A DNA stretch of 64,000 nt from an uncultured Verrucomicrobiota bacterium (GTDB lineage Bacteria > Verrucomicrobiota > Kiritimatiellia > CAIVKH01), in assembly GCA_937872895.1 (NCBI GenBank), contig CALMUP010000008.1, forward strand, positions 68,976 to 132,975, read 5' to 3'. The notes under the pieces were generated by a model that saw only the letters and a list, made by a program, of their open reading frames with translations, was not told where the DNA came from and did no database searches. Below are positions 40,324-48,419 of the stretch, in pieces. Each line of letters begins with the position of its first letter. Within the stretch, counting starts at the first letter, position 1. The position numbers and the translations under genes are program-made.

Positions 40324-40334
40324 GGTCGGACCTT

Positions 40335-41639
40335 TCAGCGGAGGGTTTCCAAAACGGCGGGGGCGTGCGGTACGGGATTGGCGGAGAAGCGGAAGGCGGC
40401 CGCGATAAGTTGTTCCGCCTCGGCGAGCTTCTGCTTGTCGTTGGCGTGGATCATCAGCAGCGGCTGGCCTTTCTCCACCCGGTCGCCAACCTTGACGAGG
40501 TCGGAGATGCCGACGGCGAAATCGACCGGATCCTCGGTCCGCTTGCGGCCCGCGCCCAGCACGATGCAGGCGCGGCCGATGCCCTCGGCATTCACCTCGG
40601 CGACATAACCGGCGTGTGGCGCGTTGAACTCCTCCACGATGGAGGCGTGCGGCAGGCGCGACAGGTCATCGATCGCCGCGACATCGCCGTGTTGCAGCCG
40701 GACCATCTCGCGGAACCGCGCCAGGGCTTCGCCGTTCTTGAGCTTCTCGCGGCAGGCGCGGTCGAGTTCGACCGGATCGCGGTCCGGATAGGAGAGCATG
40801 ATCATCTCGACCGCGAGCAATACGGTCAGGTCCACCAGATCGGCCGGACCCCGGCCACGCAGTGTCTCGACCGATTCGATCACCTCAAGGGCATTGCCCG
40901 CAGTGCGGCCGAGCGGCTGGTTCATGTCGGTGATGATCGCGGAGACCTTCCTGTTCATCGCCTTGCCTACGTTGATCATCGACTGGGCGAGGGCACGGGC
41001 GTCCTCGCGTGTCTTCATGAAGGCCCCGGCACCACACTTCACGTCAAGCACGAGGGCATCGATGCCTTCAGCCATCTTCTTGCACATGATGCTGGCGGTG
41101 ATCAGCGGGATCGACGGCACCGTCGCGGTCACATCGCGCAATGCATAGAGTTTCTTGTCGGCGGGGGCCAGCCGGTCGGTCTGGCCGATGATCGAGCATC
41201 CGCACTGCTTGATGACATCGATGAAGTGCTTCTCGGCAATCTTCGCCTGGTAGCCGGGAATCGATTCGAGCTTGTCGAGGGTGCCGCCGGTGATGCCGAG
41301 GCCGCGCCCGGAGATCATCGGCACGGCGATGTCGAAGCAGGCGACCAGCGGGGCCAGCGGCAGCGACACCTTGTCGCCGATGCCGCCGGTCGAATGCTTG
41401 TCGGCCTTGGGCAACGGGATGCTCGACGTGTCCACGAGGTCGCCCGAACGCATCATCGCATCGACCAGCACCGAGACCTCGGCCGGATCCATCCCCTTGA
41501 AGTAGATGGCCATGGCCAGGGCCGACATCTGGTAGTCGGGAATGGTTCCCTTCGTGTAGCCATCGATAAACCAGCGAATCTCCTCGCTGCTCAGGGCTTT
41601 TCCGTCGCGTTTCTTCTCAATGATCCATTGGGGCAGCAT
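40335..41639 (-). CDS. deoA: Thymidine/pyrimidine-nucleoside phosphorylase
   Basis: …KRDGKALSSEEIRWFIDGY…HSTGGIGDKVSL…. 434 aa. Confidence 0.9.
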   Translation of the reverse strand: MLPQWIIEKKRDGKALSSEEIRWFIDGYTKGTIPDYQMSALAMAIYFKGMDPAEVSVLVDAMMRSGDLVDTSSIPLPKADKHSTGGIGDKVSLPLAPLVACFDIAVPMISGRGLGITGGTLDKLESIPGYQAKIAEKHFIDVIKQCGCSIIGQTDRLAPADKKLYALRDVTATVPSIPLITASIMCKKMAEGIDALVLDVKCGAGAFMKTREDARALAQSMINVGKAMNRKVSAIITDMNQPLGRTAGNALEVIESVETLRGRGPADLVDLTVLLAVEMIMLSYPDRDPVELDRACREKLKNGEALARFREMVRLQHGDVAAIDDLSRLPHASIVEEFNAPHAGYVAEVNAEGIGRACIVLGAGRKRTEDPVDFAVGISDLVKVGDRVEKGQPLLMIHANDKQKLAEAEQLIAAAFRFSANPVPHAPAVLETLR

Positions 41640-41656
41640 GGTGGGTCTCCGTCGGG

Positions 41657-42832
41657 TTAGACAAACGATACGCCGCGGGTGACCGGCTTGATGCCGAACA
41701 GCGTGGCGATAGATTGGGCGATGTCGTAGTAGCCGTTGCGCACACCGAGCGAGACACCCGGCTTGCCGCGTCGGTACAGCAGGACCGGAACGGCCTCGCG
41801 GGTATGGTCGGTACCCTTGTAGGTCGGGTCGTTGCCGTGGTCCGCAGTCAGGATGAGCACATCGTCATCGGCCAGGGTCGGAATGAATCCGGCCAGCCAG
41901 GCATCGGTCTGGCGCAGGCAGTCGGCGTAACCCTGCGGATCGCGACGATGCCCGTAGATCATGTCGAAGTCGATGAAGTTGGCGAAGATCAAGCCGTTGC
42001 CCGGTTCCTTCATGAACACCTCGACCGCCTTCTGGGAGTCGCGGTTGTTCCCGGTGTGGTTCGACTTGGTAACGCCGCGGTGGGCGACAATGTCCTCGAT
42101 CTTGCCGACGGCATACACCGGAATGCCGGCTTCGGTCAGCCGCTCCAGCACGGTTGCCTCGGCGGGCTTGAACGCGTAGTCGCGGCGGTTTTCCGTGCGC
42201 GTGAAGGCACCGGGTTTGCCGAGGAACGGGCGTGCGATGACCCGGCCGACGCGGTAGGGGTCGCACAGTTCGCGGGCGATCTCGCAGGCGCGGTAGAGTT
42301 CCTCCAGCGGGATCACGTCTTCATGGGCGGCGATCTGGAACACGCTGTCCGCGCTGGTATAGACGATCCATTTCCCTTCGACCATTTGACGGGCGCCGAA
42401 TTCATCGATGATGCCGGTCCCGCTGGCCGCCTTGTTGCCGAGGATGCCGCGCCCGGTGCGCTCCTCGAATTGGCGCACCAGTTCATCCGGGAAGGAGGGT
42501 GGACCGGGCGGGAATAGGTGGAAGCCGGGGATGAGTTCGAGCCCGACAATTTCCCAATGGCCGGTGACCGTGTCCTTGCCCTGCGATTGCTCGATCATCG
42601 TGCCGAAACTTGCCTCGGGTGCATCGACCGGTGCTACGCCGGGGATAGCGGGTGACCCGGGCAACAGGACGGGGATGTTGCCGAGGCCGAGGCGTTGCAG
42701 GACGGGGAGGTTCAAACCGCCCACCGCCTGGCCGATGTGGGGCAGGGTGGCGGCACCTTCATCGCCGTAGGCGGCGGCATCCGGGGCATGGCCCACGCCA
42801 ACGGAATCCAAAACGATCAATACCACTTTCAT
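41657..42832 (-). CDS. deoB: Phosphopentomutase
   Basis: MKVVLIVLDSVGVG…, 391 aa, alkaline-phosphatase-superfamily DeoB. Confidence 0.9.
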   Translation of the reverse strand: MKVVLIVLDSVGVGHAPDAAAYGDEGAATLPHIGQAVGGLNLPVLQRLGLGNIPVLLPGSPAIPGVAPVDAPEASFGTMIEQSQGKDTVTGHWEIVGLELIPGFHLFPPGPPSFPDELVRQFEERTGRGILGNKAASGTGIIDEFGARQMVEGKWIVYTSADSVFQIAAHEDVIPLEELYRACEIARELCDPYRVGRVIARPFLGKPGAFTRTENRRDYAFKPAEATVLERLTEAGIPVYAVGKIEDIVAHRGVTKSNHTGNNRDSQKAVEVFMKEPGNGLIFANFIDFDMIYGHRRDPQGYADCLRQTDAWLAGFIPTLADDDVLILTADHGNDPTYKGTDHTREAVPVLLYRRGKPGVSLGVRNGYYDIAQSIATLFGIKPVTRGVSFV

Positions 42833-42922
42833 AGGCTGTCTCCGTGGTTGGGTTGCGCCGCCATGACGTCGTGCATGTTAACGCATCATCGCGCGACGCG
42901 GTAGCACAATCAACGCAATCGG

Positions 42923-43192
42923 CTAGGTCCGGTTGAGCTGGTCCACGATGCCGACGATTACCGAACGGACCGGTGCGGTGGGGTCACCCAGCACCTGGCG
43001 GGCTCCGGTTCCCTCATCGAGAACAAGGACCGGTTCGCCGATGCCGGCCCCGACGGAATCCACCGCGATCAGGTAATCCCCGCCCGGCTTTCCCTCGGGA
43101 TTGTGCTTCTCCACCATCAGGAGTTTTTTCCCGTCGTAAAACGGGTGGTTGATCGTTGAGTAGATGTTGCCGATGACGACGCCGGTGATCAT
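42923..43192 (-). CDS. BMC vertex protein (BMC-P; EutN/CcmL/PduN family)
   Basis: MITGVVIGNIYSTINHP…GKKLLMV……GDYLIAVDSVGAGIGEPVLV…. 89 aa. Confidence 0.85.
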   Translation of the reverse strand: MITGVVIGNIYSTINHPFYDGKKLLMVEKHNPEGKPGGDYLIAVDSVGAGIGEPVLVLDEGTGARQVLGDPTAPVRSVIVGIVDQLNRT

Positions 43193-43473
43193 GGTGTGCC
43201 TGCCTCGTTGCGGGTGATGCCGTCCACGATGCCGATGATCGCGTGATCGACCGGGACGAACGTCGTGTCCAAGGCCATGGCCGCCTCGCGGCCTCCTTCG
43301 TAATAAACGGTCTCGCCTGCGCCGGCCATCCGTGTGGCATCGGCCGCGACCAGCGCCTTGCCCTTCGGCTGGCCGTTCTTGTCGAGCGGCTGGACCAGTA
43401 GCATCGGCACGCCGCCGAGGCCTTCGTAGATGTCGCAGGGGACAACGGTTCCGATGACTTTGCCGAGCATCAT
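43189..43473 (-). CDS. BMC vertex protein (BMC-P), second paralogue
   Basis: MMLGKVIGTVVPCDIYEGLGGVPMLLVQPL…ALVAADATRMAGAGETVYY…. Strong RBS aggagagagg before the internal ATG; the 154-aa track ORF was rejected. Confidence 0.8.
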   Translation of the reverse strand: MMLGKVIGTVVPCDIYEGLGGVPMLLVQPLDKNGQPKGKALVAADATRMAGAGETVYYEGGREAAMALDTTFVPVDHAIIGIVDGITRNEAGTP

Positions 43474-43474
43474 A

Positions 43475-44086
43475 TCAAGTCCTCTCTCCTTCGAGTTCGA
43501 GGGCGGTGGCTTCGTGGAAACGGGTCGAGCCGTTGATCTGGCGACCGAGGGCTTCGTGGGGTGCGGTGAGGATCCGGTGGGTGAAGACCACCCCGGCGTG
43601 TTCGAGGAAGGCTGCGGCGAGGTCCACTGCGGCCTCGATATCATGCAGGTCACCCTCGTAGATGCTCAAGCCCTTGCCCGCGAGCCCGTCATCGGCCAGG
43701 CGCAACTCGATCAGCGATACCGGGGTGCCTTTGAGTGCGGCCTCGGCGGCCCGGACATTCGCGGAAACCGAGGAGGTCTCGATGATCGCCCAGGCTCCGT
43801 CACGGGTCGCCGCACGGCGACCGAACATCGCCGCAAATACGTCGGGATGCACATCGGGGAGAAACACCTTGTCGATCAGCGCCTGCCCGGCCCAGAACTG
43901 GCCTTCGGCATAGGCCTCCTCGACGGCGGCGGTGGAGCCGCCGATAACGGTCAGGTAACGCCCGCGGGTGATCGTTCCGTTCTTCAGGAAGGCGATCGGC
44001 GCTTTCTTGAGCATGGCATCGGTGGCCTGGATTCCCGAGGGAATGTCCAGGAACTCCAGGATGGCCACCGCGGGGAAGGGCTTCAT
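43475..44086 (-). CDS. Tandem-domain BMC shell protein (BMC-T)
   Basis: Two BMC (PF00936-like) domains: AVAILEFLDIPSGIQATDAMLKKAPIAF… and AWAIIETSSVSANVRAAEAALKGTPVSLIELRL…. The start codon overlaps the AldDH stop (TGATG). Confidence 0.7.
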   Translation of the reverse strand: MKPFPAVAILEFLDIPSGIQATDAMLKKAPIAFLKNGTITRGRYLTVIGGSTAAVEEAYAEGQFWAGQALIDKVFLPDVHPDVFAAMFGRRAATRDGAWAIIETSSVSANVRAAEAALKGTPVSLIELRLADDGLAGKGLSIYEGDLHDIEAAVDLAAAFLEHAGVVFTHRILTAPHEALGRQINGSTRFHEATALELEGERT

Positions 44087-45537
44087 CAGGTGATCCGGAA
44101 GTGGTCGACCAGCACGCAGCGGCGCCACCGCGAGAAGCTGCGCGGTCCGGTGAGGCCTTCGCCGGTCGGGCTGGCGATGGTGAACGAGCAGTAGCCTTCG
44201 CCACCGAGGCCGAGTCCCGCCTGGGAGCGGCCATTCTTGACGAAGATGCTGCAGTTGCATTCCTTTGCCATGCGGTGCAGTTTGTCGATGTTGCGCGAGT
44301 GCATGATCGCGGTGTGGCGGTTGCCGCCCTCGGTCTTGAGGGCGAGGTCGATCGCGTAGTCGGCATTCGGTACGCGGCAGACCGGCAGGATCGGCATCAT
44401 CTGTTCGGTCCAGAGCAGCGGATGGTTCTCGTCGACTTCGACGATGCCGAGGCGGATCGAGCTCGGGACATTGATGCCGATCTTCGCGAGGATCACGTCG
44501 GCGTTCTTGCCGATCAAGTCGCGGTTGATGTGGGCCTCCTTGCGGGGTCCGTGCATTTCGGTGAAGATGACTTTCTCCAGCGCGGCGAGCTTGTCGGGAC
44601 CGATCAGCACCGCATTGTTCTGGGTCATGGCCTGGACCAGCCGGTCGGCCACGCTCGACACCACCAGCACCTGTTTCTCGTCGGCGCAGATAATGTTGTT
44701 GTCGGTCGAGGCGCCGAGCACGATGTCGCGCCCGGCCTTGTCGATGTCGGCGGTCTCGTCGACGACCACCGGCGGGTTGCCAGGGCCGGCGCAGATCGCG
44801 CGCTTGCCGCTGGTCATCGCCGCCTTCACCACACCGCCACCGCCGGTCACCACGACCAGGCGGATATCCGGATGCTTCATCGTGGCGTTGGCGCTCTCCA
44901 CGGTCGGGCTGGCCACGCAGGTGATGGTGTTCGCCGGGCCGCCGGAATCGACGATGACCTTGTTGATCAGCGCGACGGTCTGCATGGAGCAGTTCTTCGC
45001 GGTCGGATGGACGTTGAAGACCACCGTGTTGCCGGCGGCGATCATGCCGATGGTGTTGCAGATGATCGTCGAGGTCGGGTTGGTGCAGGGGGTGATCGCG
45101 CCGATCACGCCAAACGGGGCGGGCTCGAGCAGGCAGAGGCCGTGGTCGCCGGTGATGGCCTGCGGTTCGAGGTGCTCCATGCCCGGGGTCTTTTCCGTCA
45201 CCAGGATGTTCTTGGTGATCTTGTCCTCAAAGCGGCCGAGGCCGGTCTCGGTATGGGCCGCCTTGGCCAGCGGAGCGGCGTGCTCGAGCATCGTCTTGCG
45301 GATGTTGGCGATGATCGTGGCGCGGGTCTTGAGGGGCAGGGCGACGAATACCGGTTGCGCGGCCTTGGCGGCCTTCACCGCTTCATCCACGGTGGCGTAG
45401 ATGCCGAGGGCCTGTTCCAGGGGCGGTGCCCCCGAGGCGCTGGTCGCGGCGGGGCTGCCCGGTTCCCGGTTCAAGTCCGCAACGATGCGCTGGGCGATCG
45501 CATCGATTTCCTGGTCGGTCAATCTGGCCATAATCAC
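44086..45537 (-). CDS. CoA-acylating aldehyde dehydrogenase (EutE/PduP family) with N-terminal encapsulation-peptide-like helix
   Basis: 483 aa with an ALDH fold and a catalytic Cys region. The N-terminus ARLTDQEIDAIAQRIVADL (amphipathic) is followed by a Pro/Ser/Ala linker. Confidence 0.85.
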   Translation of the reverse strand: MIMARLTDQEIDAIAQRIVADLNREPGSPAATSASGAPPLEQALGIYATVDEAVKAAKAAQPVFVALPLKTRATIIANIRKTMLEHAAPLAKAAHTETGLGRFEDKITKNILVTEKTPGMEHLEPQAITGDHGLCLLEPAPFGVIGAITPCTNPTSTIICNTIGMIAAGNTVVFNVHPTAKNCSMQTVALINKVIVDSGGPANTITCVASPTVESANATMKHPDIRLVVVTGGGGVVKAAMTSGKRAICAGPGNPPVVVDETADIDKAGRDIVLGASTDNNIICADEKQVLVVSSVADRLVQAMTQNNAVLIGPDKLAALEKVIFTEMHGPRKEAHINRDLIGKNADVILAKIGINVPSSIRLGIVEVDENHPLLWTEQMMPILPVCRVPNADYAIDLALKTEGGNRHTAIMHSRNIDKLHRMAKECNCSIFVKNGRSQAGLGLGGEGYCSFTIASPTGEGLTGPRSFSRWRRCVLVDHFRIT

Positions 45538-45638
45538 ACCTCGAACGACGGCGAAGGATCAACAACCGGGCATGCACCGGGCCATCAGCCCGTGGCACCC
45601 GTGCGTGCCATGCCCTGCGATGTTGCTCCTGTCCGCTA

Positions 45639-45926
45639 CTACTTTTTGTACTTGGTCGCGTTGCCGACGTTCCACGTGTCCACGATGCCCATGACCACGG
45701 CGTCCACCGGACGCTTGTCGGTCATCTGGGTCTGGCGCGCGGAACTGCCGGACGCGATCAACACGATTTCCTCGGGACCCGCGCCGACGGCGTCGGCCGC
45801 GACGAGGATCGAGCCGGTTTCCCGGCCTTCCTCGTCAACCGGCCGCACCATCAGGAATTTCAGCCCGTCGAGGCTGGACTCCTTGCGCGTCGACACGACA
45901 GTCCCGACCACTTTGGCGAGTTGCAT
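45639..45926 (-). CDS. BMC vertex protein (BMC-P), third paralogue
   Basis: MQLAKVVGTVVSTRKESSLDGLKFLMVRPVD…ILVAADAVGAGPEEIVLIASGSSAR…. 95 aa. Confidence 0.85.
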   Translation of the reverse strand: MQLAKVVGTVVSTRKESSLDGLKFLMVRPVDEEGRETGSILVAADAVGAGPEEIVLIASGSSARQTQMTDKRPVDAVVMGIVDTWNVGNATKYKK

Positions 45927-45963
45927 AGTGATCCCATCTCCCGCACGGGGCGGGATGGACTGG

Positions 45964-46263
45964 TTACTTCTTGGCCTTGGCGTCGGGGGCGCGGCCGAGC
46001 GGCATCACCGCATCCACGTTGGCGTGGGGGCGGGCAATGACGTGGATGGCCACGACTTCACCGATGCGTCCGGCAGCGACCTGGGCGGCGTCGCAGGCGG
46101 CCTTGACCGCGGCCACATCACCGCGAACAACCACGGTGGTGAAACCGCCGCCGGTCTTCTCGTAGGACACCAGTTCAACCTTGGCCGCTTTCACTGCGGC
46201 ATCGGCGGCTTCCACGACCGCCGGGAACGAACGCGTCTCGATCATGCCTAATGCTTCCGTCAT
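45964..46263 (-). CDS. BMC hexamer shell protein (BMC-H; PduA/EutM-like)
   Basis: [57 protein letters not shown]… is the canonical BMC-H sequence. Confidence 0.9.
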   Translation of the reverse strand: MTEALGMIETRSFPAVVEAADAAVKAAKVELVSYEKTGGGFTTVVVRGDVAAVKAACDAAQVAAGRIGEVVAIHVIARPHANVDAVMPLGRAPDAKAKK

Positions 46264-46373
46264 GTTCTCTCTCCGTTTGGGTTATACTTGCTACTGCTCA
46301 TTGAACGTATGGGTTTGGGCGCCCACTCCGGGCCTTTTCCGTTCCCATCAACCATGAACCATTCTCCTTCGGC

Positions 46374-47000
46374 CTACCGTCCCTTGACCACGCGGCCGGT
46401 GACCGCTTCGATGGCCTTCTCGGCGGCCCGGTACCCGACATCGATATCACGCTCCTCCCCGCCGAGGTAGAGGCGCCCGACCGCGCCGACCGCGCGCACT
46501 TCGAGAATATTGATGTTCGCGGCCTTTTCGGCCTCGTTCGCGGCGATGGCGGCGTACCCGGCCGGCGCGCACTCCATCACGTACAGGGAGTGGCCGGGCA
46601 GGATCATGTCGCCGTGGCGGGTGCGGTTGATCAACTGGGTGTGGTAGTCGGAAATGTTGCGGATCACCTCGCTGGTGTAGATCTCCGGCTTGATGCGGTC
46701 CTCCTCCTTGAGGCCAAGGTGCTCGAGGATGGCCCGGCCGGCCTCGCGCACTTCCGACTGTTCGTGGGAGTGGAGTTCCAGCATGCCGAACTGGCGTTCG
46801 ACGATCAGCATGCCGGGCGTGACGTTGGTCGCCTTCAGGGCGACGTCGGTCATGCGCATGATGTCCATGCCGGGGTTGATTTCCACGAAGAGGGCGGCCT
46901 GGCCCGGGGTGGGGAGGAAGCCCTGCGCGACCGTTCCGAGGAACGACGCGAATTGCGGCTGCAAGCTGTCGAGAAACACGTAACAACGCAGTTCGGCCAT
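46374..47000 (-). CDS. Permuted tandem BMC shell protein (EutL/PduB-like BMC-T)
   Basis: About 208 aa. Segments …ALFVEINPGMDIMRMTDVALKATNV… and …GHSLYVMECAPAGYAAIAANEAEKAANINILEV… parallel the two permuted domains of EutL. Strong RBS ggaagaaggag before the ATG at 47000; the upstream extension in the track ORF was rejected. Confidence 0.6.
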   Translation of the reverse strand: MAELRCYVFLDSLQPQFASFLGTVAQGFLPTPGQAALFVEINPGMDIMRMTDVALKATNVTPGMLIVERQFGMLELHSHEQSEVREAGRAILEHLGLKEEDRIKPEIYTSEVIRNISDYHTQLINRTRHGDMILPGHSLYVMECAPAGYAAIAANEAEKAANINILEVRAVGAVGRLYLGGEERDIDVGYRAAEKAIEAVTGRVVKGR

Positions 47001-47023
47001 GGTGATACTCCTTCTTCCTTCTG

Positions 47024-48298
47024 TTATTTGCCGGCCAATGCCTTGGCCTCTTCCATTATCTTCACACTGCTGCTGCAACCGACGCGGGTCGCGCCGGCGT
47101 TGACCATCTTGATGACATCGGCGTAGGTGCGCACCCCGCCCGAGGCCTTGACCCCGAGTTTCTTCGGCGCGGTCACCCGGGCCATCAGCGCGATGTCCTC
47201 GGCGGTCGCGCCGCCGGTGGACATGCCGGTCGAGGTCTTCACGTAGTGGGCGCCGCCCTTCATGCTCAATTCACAGGCGCGGACCTTCTCCTCGTCGGTG
47301 AGCAGGCTGTTCTCGAAGATCACCTTGCACAGGGCGCGCGCATCGTTGCAGTCCTCGACCACGCCGCGGATGTCCTGCAGGACCAGCTTGTCGTCCTTGC
47401 TCTTGAGTGCGCCGATGTTGATAACCATGTCGATCTCCTGGGCGCCGTCGCGCAACGCACGCCGGGTCTCCAGGGCCTTGATCTGCGGGGTCACCGCACC
47501 CAGCGGGAATCCGACCACCGCGCAGACCTTGACCGACGAACCGCGCAGCAGCGTGCGGGCCAGTTTCACCCACATCGGGTTCACGCAGACCGAGAAGAAG
47601 TTGAACTGGAGCGCTTCCTTGCAAAGTTTTTCGACATCCGCCTGCGAGGCGTCGGCCTTCAGGATGGTATGATCGATCAGCTTGCAGAGTTTCTCCGGCG
47701 GAATCGGGGCGCCGCCGGCAGGACGTCCGGTCGGGCCGCCGGCGATCATCGACTTCACACGGTCGGCGATGCGTTGGACGTCTTCGGGGCTCAGGTTGGA
47801 TGGCATGGATGCGCTCATATGCGTTCTCTCGATTTCCTTGATAAGGTTCACCCGGGCGATGTGCCGCTCCGCGGTGTGTTCGGTGGACAGGAAAACAGCG
47901 GCGATCTTCTTGGCGTCCTCCAGACCGGTCTGGCCGGAACCGAGGGTGAGGAGGTTCGCCCCGTTGTGCTCGCGGGCATTGCGGGCGAGGGCTTCGTTGT
48001 AGCAGGCGGCGGCGAGTACGCCGGGATGCTTGTTCGCGGTCATCGCGGATCCGATGCCCGCACCGTCGATCATGATGCCGAAATCGGCCTTGCCGGACGA
48101 CACCGCGGCGGCCACCAGGGAGGCGAATCGTGGATAGTCCACGGGGTCCTTGCCGTTTGTGCCAACGTCCTGGACGGAGTGTCCCAAGCCGGTCAGTAAG
48201 GGGATCAACCCCTGCTTGGTCTCGAAGCCTCCGTGGTCAGCGCCAATCGCTATCCGTACACTTCGGGTCATCAGTTGCAGCATGCTTGGCCATGTCAC
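47024..48298 (-). CDS. Fusion protein: RpiB/LacAB-family sugar-phosphate isomerase (N) + deoxyribose-phosphate aldolase DeoC/DERA (C), with internal encapsulation-peptide-like helix
   Basis: N-terminal domain IAIGADHGG…[17 protein letters not shown] (RpiB fold). The linker …[41 protein letters not shown]… contains an amphipathic helix. C-terminal domain [12 protein letters not shown]…FFSVCVNP…[17 protein letters not shown]…VKASGGVRT (DERA, with both catalytic Lys present). Confidence 0.8.
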   Translation of the reverse strand: MTWPSMLQLMTRSVRIAIGADHGGFETKQGLIPLLTGLGHSVQDVGTNGKDPVDYPRFASLVAAAVSSGKADFGIMIDGAGIGSAMTANKHPGVLAAACYNEALARNAREHNGANLLTLGSGQTGLEDAKKIAAVFLSTEHTAERHIARVNLIKEIERTHMSASMPSNLSPEDVQRIADRVKSMIAGGPTGRPAGGAPIPPEKLCKLIDHTILKADASQADVEKLCKEALQFNFFSVCVNPMWVKLARTLLRGSSVKVCAVVGFPLGAVTPQIKALETRRALRDGAQEIDMVINIGALKSKDDKLVLQDIRGVVEDCNDARALCKVIFENSLLTDEEKVRACELSMKGGAHYVKTSTGMSTGGATAEDIALMARVTAPKKLGVKASGGVRTYADVIKMVNAGATRVGCSSSVKIMEEAKALAGK

Positions 48299-48419
48299 CC
48301 TGCTACGTCAACCGAAATCGGCTACCAATTGCTGTTTAACGTTTTAACGAAAAGGCTTTACCTGCACGAAACCTAAATGACAAGGATTCGGCTTGGACGA
48401 AACCGGAGCTGGAACTGGT
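48299..48419 (-). promoter_or_regulatory. Promoter region of the BMC/deo operon with AT-rich direct repeat GTTAAAAC-GTTAAAC
   Basis: Only AT-rich patch in the locus: (minus strand) …cgttaaaacgttaaacagcaattggtagccgatttcggttgacgtagc…. Candidate operator plus a TTGAC-like -35. Confidence 0.3.

Noticed and set aside
43475-44260. Long N-terminal extensions of three shell/exported ORFs in the track (43475-44260, 46374-47078, 43189-43653, 55124-56260).
   Set aside because: The extensions overlap neighbouring genes and are low-complexity. Internal ATGs with strong Shine-Dalgarno sequences give canonical BMC-domain N-termini and tight operon junctions.
39098-48298. Assignment of the microcompartment to the Planctomycetes-Verrucomicrobia fucose/rhamnose (PVM) type.
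   Set aside because: No class II (fuculose/rhamnulose-phosphate) aldolase or lactaldehyde reductase is present. The aldolase present is a class I DERA fused to RpiB, and the linked genes are nucleoside catabolic. The SPU-like interpretation is favoured.
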